Origin: Dirinaria sp. TL-2023a
Lineage: Eukaryota
DNA: 34,372 nt
Direction: 5' to 3'
Assembly: GCA_051941275.1 (NCBI GenBank)
Contig: JAVEBF010000072.1
Span: 1-34,372, forward strand
Shown: positions 24,206 through 34,372 of the stretch, piece after piece
Numbering within the stretch: the first letter of the stretch is position 1
Layout: each line of letters starts with the position of its first letter
The notes under the pieces: model-generated
What the model was told of the DNA's origin: nothing
Seen by the model: only the letters and a program-made list of their open reading frames with translations
Databases searched by the model: none
Position numbers and translations under genes: made by a program

Positions 24206-25392
24206 CGCCACAGATGTCGAGCCCCGTATCCTGGTATTCGAACCCCTGCTTTTGTTGAGCTCCACAACTTGATCGTCAAAGCTCGTGGCGATGTCAAACC
24301 CCAAGGGGTCCACGGTAGACTCCACATCTCAGCAAATCCTGTCCAAAACAGAATCCAATCGCCAGATTCAGCAGGCGCAGCTGTCAAGCGAGCGCTGTTG
24401 GGTGCACGCCAAAGCTGTAACGCCGGCTACGGATATTGCTATGGTCCGTCCTCCCATCCCGGGAAGTCTTTCTGCCAGTGCTGATTTCATGTCTCGAAGC
24501 ATCTGGAAGATGCTGCCCAAACAGTGACGGCACTGGGAAATGTTGCAACGATGGAACATGTGTAACCTCGTCTCAAACCTGCTGCTTGTATGGTGGTGCC
24601 TGTGGCCCTGGCCTTGATTGTTGTAATAATGGCTGCAAGCCGCAGAAAAACTCCTGCTGCTCTGGAAATACCAATTGTGACCCCGGTTACTTCTGCTGTA
24701 ACAATGGGAGCTGCGCGCCCAATGGTGGAGAATGCTGCAACGATGGGAACGTATGTGGCAGTGGCCTTCACTGCGTGATTTTTAATTCCCAGCATGTATG
24801 CTGCAAAGATCTCTCATGCAGTGGAGGCGGGAGTGGTGTTGGAGATTACAGCTACTCTGTCCCTACCCTTTCGAATACGCCATCCTCATCCCTTTCGCGG
24901 CCGTCTTTAACTTTACCATCGCTCACAACCCCATCATCTTCTTTCTCTTCTTACTCCTTTCCGTCAATATCGCTACCTTCAACTCCAAGATCCGTTACCC
25001 TTCCGTCCATCACCGCGGCTACAGGTGTCGTCTTCAGTTACTACTACAACACATGGACATGGTATTACTACTCCTATTACCTGATCCGGGTCACGTCTAC
25101 AACTTCGACCTATGTAACGACTACTACGGTCGTTTCGGTATATGCCACCGCGTCAAGTGAAGCACAATCAAGTTTTGCCAGGTTAAGCGCGGAAACGACA
25201 TTCCCAACGGCAACAACAGCAGCAGGCATCACAGGCGGATCAGCGCGAACGTCTGGAACTACCACAGCCAGTGCCAAGGCTCAAGGAACCGCTGGTGCAC
25301 AGGCAGCTTCAGGTGTGGGGCGGCAACGAGTGGCATGGACTTTATTAGCTAGGATAGTCGCAGCTATGGCTTCAGGACTATTTGCAATGTAG
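24206..25392 (+). CDS. Cys-rich, Ser/Thr-rich putative GPI-anchored/cell-wall protein; exons ~24206-24443, 24500-25392; true start unresolved
   Basis: KRALLGARQSCNAGYGYCY|ASGRCCP after intron 24444-24499 (GTCCGT..GCTGAT..AAG); about 26 Cys in CCxxGxxC-like repeats; Ser/Thr stalk with Tyr-rich YYYNTWTWYYYSYY; hydrophobic C-terminus. Confidence 0.7.
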
Positions 25393-25767
25393 ATAAGGGA
25401 TTGCACAAGATTAGCAAACCGCGAGGCTGTTGATTATCATACAGTAAATCTTCGTTATACGGAGTCGAAATTCTCAGGTCACACACTCTTAATAACAGAA
25501 GTCTCGGCCTTATGCTAAACCACCAAAGTGTCATACGTTTTACGCTCATCTTGACTAACCAAGAGGCGTATCGGTTCGCGTCACGGCTTCTATCCCTATC
25601 AAAAGACTTCCTCACGCTCGAGTGCACCTTGTAGGGGCTAGCTAGATCTGGCGACATTGTTGACTCCGTCCTGGTACATGTATGATAATTCAATGGCTAT
25701 TTTAGTAGGTCAACACATAAACCTACCTTTGAACGCCGCATCTCGTGCCACCTTTCCATTTTATTCG

Positions 25768-26265
25768 CTACCTCTTCCCTGGATTTCTTAAGACCTCCCT
25801 CGCCTCTTCTCTGTCCAACAGCCCCAGGCTCCGAATCTGCCCTGCCTTGGGCCCGCTATCCCTTGGATTGGAGGCTTCACGTTTGCGGTACGCGTTTTGT
25901 AGCGCCACGATTTTAGCATACTACGCATTGCAAAGCGTCAGCCATAGGACCTTTATATGGAAACTTGGGGGAGAGTGGTAAGCCGTTTGCAGGGGATTGG
26001 CGAACCTCTTTTCGGTGGTATAGGCATTCGTAGTAATCGTCCAAGGCGGGCATGCACTTCTTCGCGCCGGAGATGTCGTCCCCGTTGGTATTGACGACGT
26101 AGCAGGCGAGAAGCTCCTGCCAGAAGGGAAAGCAGCGCGACGGACCTATGTGCGCCATGAGTACGGAAACTTTTACCAGATACTGGGTTCACATCGGGTA
26201 GAATCAGCGGAGGTGGGGAATGGACAAGACTCCTTACCGCCTGCGAGTCCGAACCCTGATGCCAT
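25768..26265 (-). CDS. NDUFS5: Mitochondrial complex I accessory subunit NDUFS5 (fungal 11.5-kDa/NIPM type); exons 26265-26238, 26145-26006, 25920-25768
   Basis: MASGFGLAG|GPSRCFPFWQELLACY...KKCMPALDDYYECLYHRKE|YAK: twin Cx9C motif; GT-AG introns 26146-26237 and 25921-26005. Confidence 0.9.
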
Positions 26266-26625
26266 TGTCGCCAATTGGCCCTCAACGAGTGCTTGTGAGT
26301 TGTGCAGATGATTCCCAAGTACATGTACCTTAGGGGAATTGAAGTGCCGTGGGTCTTTGACCAGCGTCTAAAGCGGCTAGCGCGACTGCGGTTACACAGG
26401 TATCTACTGGTGCAGCAATAAATCCAGTCGCACAAACGATTTTGTGAGATTTCGCAACAATGCGCGCTTTGGTCATTGGTTACGTATTTGGCTTGGGCTT
26501 TCTCGGGTCAGCCGGCGGTATCGATCAGTTATACATGCCTCGTCAGCCAGCATAGCGGCTTACTCACCGGGTCTCCATCCATACTGCAACATAGTAGAGT
26601 CTGATATGGAATTGATGAATCTTAG

Positions 26626-26711
26626 TGTCGGACAAAATAAACGAAGATATCTACAGCAATAAACACCCACCAACTGTGGGGCCCCTTTTTGGCGCAACTT
26701 GCTGTTCGACA
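26626..26711 (+). repeat. Direct repeat copy 1 (86 bp, TG...CA, LTR-like)
   Basis: tgtcggacaaaataaa...cacccaccaactgtggggccc...ggcgcaacttgctgttcgaca aligns to 27103-27184 with about 6 substitutions and 2 indels. Confidence 0.85.
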
Positions 26712-27102
26712 GTCGTGAGCCCGGACTTCGTCATGACGTGGGCTCCGGTTTCAGCCGCACGCCACCGCTTTTCAATATGTCCACCGCCACAAAATCATTA
26801 CATTTGTCGTTGATTACATAACAATACCGCATACAAGACACGAAATAGAAAAACACAAAATACAGAAATACACACATGGACCGTTTCACGACGCCGCACA
26901 GCTGAAAGAAATTCTAGGATTGGACGACACTAGAAGAGCTGGAATGAATTCTAGAATTATACGACGCTATTAATTAAGGCTGGGAGGGACCGTTCCATTG
27001 GATATCACACTATTACGAATCAAGTATCAAGCATTCAATCAGACAACTTAACAACTTCGGTTCAGCTTAGCTCGTTACGACGCCTGCTAAGCTGCAAGGG
27101 TG

Positions 27103-27184
27103 TGTCGGACAAAATAAATGAACATATCAGCAATAGTCACCCACCAACTGTGGGGCCCTCTTTTGGCGCAACTTGCTGTTGACA
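27103..27184 (+). repeat. Direct repeat copy 2 (82 bp)
   Basis: Aligns to 26626-26711. Confidence 0.85.
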
Positions 27185-27530
27185 CTTAACAAATCACTTT
27201 ATCGATGAAGGAGCAATGTCTACGGCTTCTTCCTCTCATATTATTATTCAAACTTATGTCCCCTTTGAGCTTCGACATATACATCAGATGCTGAAATCCC
27301 GCTTGCGAATCCCGAAGGAACCCCGCATATCCAGGTAGAGATGACATGCCGTCCATACCCGAGCGCAAGAACATTGAGCCACTGCTAGTACAGCTTCTTG
27401 CATTCAGCTTCCTAATATGACGCATATTAGGCTATGTTATCACGCCCCTCGCTCCTTGTTCTCTATCTTCTTCACTTCTGGTTCTGACCGTTTTAATTGA
27501 AATTGTAACCTTAACCTCTCTTTGCTTACC

Positions 27531-28754
27531 ATGACGGGCACAGCCCAACCGATCCGGGTTTTCAAGGATAGCAGTGTCCAAGGCCTGACCGAAGGCGATT
27601 CAGGTCGGAACACGGGGCAAGTTAATGGAGACGCCGCACCATCAGTCACGGCCCTTCAACCTCATGGCAACTCGCAGCCGCTTAATCTTGCTCCTGAAGA
27701 GCTCAAGACCAGAGCAAACACTGACAACTTGAACGGCAATGCCAAAAATTCCGGTAGACCGCAAAAGGTCGATCGCTTTGACCCTGATTTTACGCAGAAT
27801 GTCATCAACGCTACTGGTCCTAAAACATCCCCTCGAATGCGGCAGGTCATGGCAAGCTTAATTCGACATGTCCATGACTTCGCGCGGGAAAACGAAATTA
27901 CGTTTGATGAGTGGATGGCAGGTTTAGAAATGGTGAATGCTCTTTTTCCCACCATGACCATTTCCATTCCTGCTCACGTGCGGCGTGTATAGATCAATGA
28001 AGCGGGCCGGATGTCAAACTCTGTGCGCAACGAAGGCCAGCTTCTGTGTGATGTCGTTGGCCTCGAATCCCTCGTCGACGAGATAACCTATAAACTGACC
28101 ACGGAAGCTGCCGACCTTCCCACTGCTACGGCGGTTCTCGGGCCCTTCTGGCGCGCTGACGCCCCTCGTCGGAAGATGGACGATACAATTGTGCACAATA
28201 TCCCTGACGGGGACCACACATACATGTACGGCGTAGTCAAGGACTACATCACCGGTCAACCGGTCGAGAATGCCGAACTAGACGTATGGCATACAGCCCC
28301 GAATGGACTCTATGAGCAGCAAGATGAGAACCAAATTGACTACAACCTCCGTGGGCGCTTCACCACTGGACCTGATGGCCGCTATAGCTTCTACTGCCTC
28401 CGGCCCACATCCTACCCGATTCCTTACGATGGGCCAGCCGGCAAGCTGTTGCAGCTCCTCGACCGCCATCCTATGCGACCAGCACACATTCATTTCATCA
28501 TTAGTGCGCCAGGCTACAAACCTATCGTTACACAGATCTTCGATCGAAGGGACAAACATATCACGAATGATGCAGTGTTTGCGGTGAAGGATAGCTTGAT
28601 TGTGGACTTTGTGCCTCGGAAAGGAGACAGCAAGGCGAAGTTCGAACTAGAGTATGATTTTAAGGTGGCGACATTTGAAGAGGCGCAGAAGAATAGCGTA
28701 GCAGGGACCACAGCCGAAAGTGCCAGCTATGGAGCCGAAGCCATCCGTTCCTGA
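27531..28754 (+). CDS. Intradiol ring-cleavage dioxygenase (fungal catechol/protocatechuate type); exons 27531-27932, 27993-28754
   Basis: LIRHVHDFARE, LGPFWR, Fe ligands in GLYEQQD, SYPIPYDGP and RPAHIH; VTQIFD, DAVFAVK; intron 27933-27992. Confidence 0.93.
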
Positions 28755-29095
28755 GTCCATATCCGGTAGCAGAAGGTTGTTTTCATGATGGAAAAATATC
28801 CATGTAGAAAGGAATTCATACTGATTATCCCCATGTTTGCCATGACATATCCCAGAATGCATGTGAAAGACATGTTGAGAGAGAGTGAAATAAATACGTA
28901 TCTCGCATGCGAGGCTCAGGCAAGAAAAGGTGTTGCCAAGCAACGCCAAGTCGGTCCAGGTGTCCGAAACGAGCTCGAAGCAGTTAGCGTATTTCAGCAA
29001 TTTGCACTATTTATGCGACGCTCGCGACTTTCTCTTTTCTTGCTGTTTCATCATCAAGCACTGATAAAGCCAGGAACGTCTGACTTACCGCCATC

Positions 29096-31349
29096 ATGTC
29101 GTGGCGTACTCAAGGCATCACAGGTTCGAATAACATCCCTCTTGGGACTCGACGTAGATTTGGAGGTGACTCAGGTTCGCCTGCCGATGATGGAGGCTAC
29201 AATCCTGCTCAGCCTCTTACTGGCACGCCCGATGGAAAGCGTGGACGTAGCCCCGAGAGAAGTACGTCTCGCCTGAATTTACTGCAAACTGATCATCCTA
29301 ATCCGAACATAGCTGAGCCGGTTGATGGAGGAGAGCGACGACGCAAGAAGAGGAATCGATGGGGAGATGCTGCAGAAAACAAAGCTGCGGGCCTGATGGG
29401 TCTACCTACTATGATCAAAGCCAATATGACAAATGAACAACTCGAAGCTTACACTTTGCATTTGCGCATTCAAGAAATCAGTGAGAAGTTGCGAATTAAC
29501 GATGTTGTTCCAGCAGAAGGTGATAGGTAAGCTAGCACGTTCCCCACCCCTAGACTTCGAGCTTCATAGCTAACCCGGTTTCTCTTAGGTCTCCTTCGCC
29601 TCCGCCTCAGTACGATAATTTCGGCCGTCGTGTAAATACTCGCGAATACCGTTATCGCAAGCGCCTTGAAGATGAACGTCACAAGCAAATCGAGAAGGCC
29701 ATGAAGATTATTCCCAATTATCATCCACCATCTGACTACAGACGCCCAACCAAGACACAGGAGAAGGTCTATGTGCCGGTCAATGATTATCCGGAAATTA
29801 ACTTCAGTATGATAACTAACCCTCTAACTCCTAACATCTCCTTTGTTGCCCCTGCATTTCTTTTCTTTTTGCTACGTAGAGCATGCTTCATTACATGACT
29901 CTTCTACAACTACTAACCCCTAACACCGTAAAAACCGTTATAACTTCGAGAAGCATTGACTAACACTTAGCTCTTGCGTTGCAATCAAAGTTGGCCTACT
30001 CATCGGACCTCGTGGAAATACATTGAAAAAGATGGAGACTGAATCACAGGCTAAAATCGCCATCCGTGGAAAAGGATCCGTCAAGGAAGGAAAAGGTCGT
30101 TCTGACGCAGCTCACACCAGCAACCAGGAAGAAGATCTACATTGTCTGATCATGGCCGACACCGAAGAGAAGGTGAATAAGGCTAAGAAGCTTATCCACA
30201 ACGTCATTGAAACTGCAAGCCTCCCATACATTCCTTGGTGCCGATGGTGTGCTAAACGTGATCAGGCTGCCTCGATTCCCGAAGGGCAGAACGAGCTCAA
30301 GCGCAACCAACTGCGTGAGCTGGCAGCTCTCAACGGAACTCTGCGTGACGACGAGAATCAAGCTTGCCAGAACTGTAAGATCTTATTGGGACTCATTCGC
30401 GGAAATCATGCTAAGTCTCACCCTTTCACAGGCGGCGAGATTGGTCATCGCAAATACGACTGCCCACAGCAACGTAACTTTACCGCCACTATCGTCTGCC
30501 GCGTTTGTGGGAATTCTGGACACATGGCTAGGGATTGCCCGGACCGTCAACGTGGAGCCAGCTGGCGCAACGATGGGCCCATGCCCGGTCGTCCAGCAAT
30601 TGGTGGAGGCGATGCTGTGGATCGCGAGTATGAGGTGAGTTATCCCACTCCTCCTTTGCTTTTCCGAACATTTACTAAACTCACATCTAGCAACTCATGA
30701 ACGAACTCTCAGGTGGAGCCCCTAACGGCGCCGCTCCACAACGCATTGAAGCTGGACCTGGTGGTTACGGCCAAGACGGGGATAACTACGGAGGCGGAGA
30801 GCGGGACCTCAAGCCTTGGCAGCGTGGTCCGACGGGTGCCGCGGCCCCCTGGCAGCGTGGCGGAGATGATCGTCGTGACGACTACAGCCGTGAGGGAGGG
30901 TCTGCTGCACCGTGGGCTACTGGTGGCCGTGGAGGCGACAATTATGGCGGATATGGACAAGGCGGTTACGGCGCTCCTCCGGGCAGTTCTGCTCCTTGGC
31001 AGCGACAGCAAGAAGCTCCACCGCCCCCATCCGGCGGACAAGGCTACGGTTATGGCGGATATCCTGGTGGTTACGGAGAGTCCGGTGGCGGCTACGGCAG
31101 CATGGGAGCTCCGCCAGGCCTCGGTGGTGGTGTTGGTGGTCTGGGTGCTCCACCAGGTCTTGGATCAATGTATGGAGGGTATGGAGCAAACGGAGCGGAT
31201 GGAGGTGCTCCTCCTCCACCGCCTGGAGATGCTCCCCCACCTCCGGTAAGTCTTGCAAACCCTTCAATTTATCATCATGCGGTCCCATTCTAACTGCGGT
31301 ATAGCCCCCGAGCGACCAACCGCCGCCGCCACCTCCTCCAGGTTCATAG
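29096..31349 (+). CDS. MSL5: Branchpoint-bridging protein (BBP/Msl5/SF1); exons 29096-29261, 29313-29526, 29589-29806, 29991-30214, 30266-30374, 30432-30634, 30691-31245, 31305-31349
   Basis: ULM RRRKKRNRW; RSPSPPPQYD; KH domain YPEINF|IGLLIGPRGNTLKKME...IRGKGS; QUA2 NELKRNQLRELAALNGTLR; two CCHC knuckles (CQNCGEIGHRKYDC, CRVCGNSGHMARDC); Gly/Pro-rich tail. Confidence 0.96.
29807..29990 (+). promoter_or_regulatory. BBP intron 3 carrying six CTAAC branch-point motifs and two decoy TAG acceptors
   Basis: CTAAC at 29816, 29824, 29831, 29913 (within TACTAAC), 29920 and 29960; TAG at 29877-29879 and 29968-29970; frame-restoring acceptor is AAG at 29988-29990. Confidence 0.75.
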
Positions 31350-32605
31350 GTTTCACAGCTCCGCTGCTAGCCCAGATGTGGTCGGAACCGCGGCTCACAA
31401 AACGGGCGTCTGATAGGAGGCATCATTCAACTACGTCAGTCTGGTGATCTATGCCATAGAAGAGGAATTCGCTACTGCTGGTCTTCCTTCAATCGTTTGC
31501 GGCTTGATTCGCACTCGGCGGGGTACGGAAGCGCTGATCATCAGATATGGAATTGCTCGTGTACTCTACTCTAGTCAAACTGCATGCGTTACAGAGAGAA
31601 AGTTGATCACCACTTATTATTAGAGCTGCAGCGCGCTATGCCGGTCATACTTGGGTCCTGGGTGAGATGATCAGCAGTCGAAACGGTGTCCACGGGCATG
31701 TCCGGCGCTGAGCGGTGTGCAAACGCAACCAATTATTGATTGAGTGAGATGTGCGAAGCAGGAGAAACATGCCAGCCGTCCTCGCATGGCCCGTGGATAA
31801 TCCTTGAACCCTTTAGTTCCAGCTTCTACATTACCTTAGGTATGGTAAGGTAGTACCCTGTTTTGGTATCGGCAGCCCCCACGGATCTCCGACAAGGTCT
31901 GTAGAGCTACGAAGCAGGTCCGAGGCAGCGTAAAAGCAAAAGAGAAACCAGTCAGCAAACGAAGTGGTAGGTATTGCCGTAGTCAGCAAATACCCGACTG
32001 GAAGGATGAAGAAGTACGGGGTGCAGGGCATGGAAGGTGTGCAGGCTGTCCAAATAATAGGGGCGTTTACAGTGCGTCGGTAGAGTTAGCCGACGGTTGA
32101 AGTTGAAACAGATGAGATCGCTCGCTTAGGTAAGCGTGGTATGTAAGGTAGGTATGTAAGCTCCCTGACGCAGACCCGAGGGACCGCACAGACTAAGGTT
32201 AGGGTTATCCGGATCTCCTTCATCAAACCAACCTTTGATTAAAGTATCATTACCATCTCCATCACTCATCCCGTCCGTCCTTCAGCCCTTAGAGTACTAT
32301 TTATCTTTAGCAGAATCCACGGCACAAACTGTGACCACTCCCATATCTCGCTTCTCTTCCCTCCCTGTCTAATGGATCCTGCTTCTCATAGTGGAGATGA
32401 AGGAGTGGTAGACACGGGCAGACCGTTTCATCCTCACAGATTATCCGCAACCCAGCACACCGCGTCTGAGGCGGGAAAAACAACCATGTTCAATGGCCTA
32501 TCCGAAGCCTGTTCAGTCCATGAAGCCATCCTATCGCCGTTGCCCATAATCCCCCGAAAGCTGCTGTGTTTCGAAGTTCAAACTATCATAATGGTCGCCT
32601 CATCC

Positions 32606-32623
32606 GCTCTCTCTCTCTCTCTC
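32606..32623 (+). repeat. (CT)n microsatellite in GH5 upstream region
   Basis: ctctctctctctctctc visible; pyrimidine-rich tracts are typical near fungal transcription starts. Confidence 0.65.
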
Positions 32624-32862
32624 GTCTCTTCCCTCTCTTGGACTCACGCGCTATTGCTTCGTCATTCTTTCTTTTCGCGCAGTAATCTTTAGCTTGTCTA
32701 TATACTCAAGCAGCCGCCTCACTCATTTGGGGGATTGCTTGCGGGTCGACTCGAGTCGTTCGGTGAACGCCGTCTCCATTGTTTCTCTTCTGCATCTGCA
32801 TATTGTCGCGCTTGTCTTGGTCTGCTTTGTACTGTATAAAGCATTGTTCGTTCGTCTCCATT

Positions 32863-34372
32863 ATGTTGTCCAACTTCCTTGCGGGGTCCGTTGTTGCCCT
32901 CAGCGTAGGCAGGACCCTCGCTGCTGGCGTGGCCTGGGCTGGTGTCAATATTGCAGGCTTTGACTTTGGCTGTGATATAAACGTATGCGAAACCCCAAAG
33001 GGCCTTTCCCACCATCCCGCATGAACTGATCATTTACATTAGGGAGCATGCGACCTGAGCAAAGTCGTGCCACCGCTTAAGCAATACAACGGCAATGATG
33101 GCGCTGCTCAGATGAAACATTTCGTGGACAACGACGGCCTCAACGCCTTCCGGTTGCCTGTAGGATGGCAATACCTGGTTAACAACAAATGCGGCGGGAC
33201 CCTCGATCAAGACGCCTTCACCAAATATGACGCTCTCGTCAAGGCTTGCCTTGACACCGGTGCTTACTGTATTATCGATATCCACAACTATGCCCGCTGG
33301 GACGGGAACATCATTGGTCAGGGTGGGCCAGAAAATGACCAGTTCGCAAGCTTGTGGCAGCAGCTGGCCACGAATTATGCCAAAGAGAGCAAAGTCGTAA
33401 TGGGTTTGATGAACGAACCGCATGATAGTAAGATCTCTTGAATCTGATCAGCCCCTATGAAAGCTGACTCAATGATAGTGCCTTCGATGACCGCCTGGGC
33501 CACCACTGTCCAGGCTGCAGTGACGGCCATCCGCAAGGCGGGCGCGACCACACAGCATATCCTGTTACCAGGAAACGGTTACACCTCTGCCGGATCATTC
33601 GTCTCTTCAGGATCCGCCACGGCTTTGGAAAAGGTCACGAACCTTGACGGCTCAACTGACCTTCTAATCTTCGATGTGCATAAGTATTTCGACAGCGATA
33701 ATTCCGGTACCCATGCCAGCTGCGTCTCCAATTACATTGACAATGCTTTCAAGCCTCTCGCTTCCTACCTAACTAGCAACAAGCGACAGGCACTGCTCTC
33801 TGAATTCGGTGGTGGGAGTAGCGATGCAAGTTGCGAGACAGGTATTTGCCCACTTGTTTTGATTTCTCCGTTGCCCAATCTACTGCCCAAGGAACTCTAC
33901 TGCTCAAGGCCGAGGCTGACACTTCCTCTCAAGATGTATGCCAAGTCGCCGACTTCCTCAACGAGAATTCAGATGCCTACCTGGGCTTCCTCGGCTGGGC
34001 CGCCGGCGCCTTTGATCCGTCCTACATACTCAGTCTCACACCCACTGCCTCCGGCGCTGACCAAGCTCTACTCACAAAATGCATTGCGGGCAAGTTCTCG
34101 GGTGGAAGCGGCACGAGCAACTCCTCTACATCCTCACCTCCATCAGAATCCGGCACGGGAAGCGGAGGCGCTGGCTATCCTGCTTCTCCATCACCCTCGG
34201 ATAGCGGCAGTTCGCCAGTGGGCGGCGGCAACCCTAGCCAATCTCCCCCCGCCGAATCTGCTTCACCGCAACCCAACAACCCTTCCCTGGCGTCGCCCAC
34301 GACTACTCCTCCACCAGCAAGTACGCCCAACCCAGGCGGCAATCTCCCAATATCCTACGGCGGCTCCAGCAG
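32863..34372 (+). CDS. Secreted GH5 endo-1,4-beta-glucanase (Cel5A/EGII-like), 3' end runs off window; exons 32863-32982, 33043-33427, 33479-33841, 33934->34372
   Basis: Signal peptide; AGVNIAGFDFGC, FRLPVGWQYL, IDIHNYARW, acid/base MNEPH, FDVHKYFDSDNSGTH, nucleophile LSEFGGG, GWAAGAF; followed by a Ser/Pro/Gly linker. Confidence 0.94.

Larger units (their letters stand above)
26626..27184. mobile_element. Possible non-autonomous TRIM/LTR-like element (559 bp)
   Basis: Two TG...CA direct repeats with short terminal inverted repeats, non-coding interior, flanks CTTAG / CTTAA (4/5 TSD-like). No clear PBS or PPT. Confidence 0.4.

Noticed and set aside
26626..27184. CRISPR array interpretation of the direct repeats
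   Set aside because: Eukaryotic context, only two ~85-bp copies, 390-bp spacing, no cas genes.
6651..31349. Stop-codon readthrough (TGA-CTA) creating cryptic peroxisomal PTS1 signals
   Set aside because: The stop codons I inspected lack the TGA-CTA context.
32194..32208. Telomere-like TTAGGG
   Set aside because: Single unit; expected by chance.
1..34372. Secondary-metabolite gene cluster (P450 + TFs + methyltransferases + dioxygenase)
   Set aside because: No PKS, NRPS or terpene synthase backbone; genes are interspersed with housekeeping loci, and the methyltransferases belong to protein-methylating families.

Overview
Gene-dense, intron-rich eukaryotic DNA from a filamentous ascomycete (Pezizomycotina; inferred from gene families and short GT-AG introns with CTRAY-like branch points). 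I spliced 13 protein-coding genes by hand: a Fungal_trans_2-type transcription factor (partial), a CYP7-like cytochrome P450, a UBL+BAG co-chaperone, a sterol O-acyltransferase (ARE), AP-1 gamma adaptin, a Zn2Cys6 transcription factor, two convergent SAM-dependent methyltransferases (Nnt1/Efm7-like and Efm4), a Cys-rich GPI-like protein, complex I subunit NDUFS5, an intradiol dioxygenase, branchpoint-bridging protein (MSL5/SF1) and a GH5 endoglucanase (partial). The most notable signals are three. (1) The intron splitting the KH domain of the branch-point-binding protein carries six CTAAC branch-point motifs and decoy acceptors leading to premature stops, suggesting splicing autoregulation. 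(2) A probable GUG-initiated, membrane-anchoring N-terminal extension on the BAG protein. (3) A 559-bp TRIM/LTR-like element bounded by TG...CA direct repeats. All exon structures and family calls come from reading the sequence and from recalled family motifs; no database search was run.
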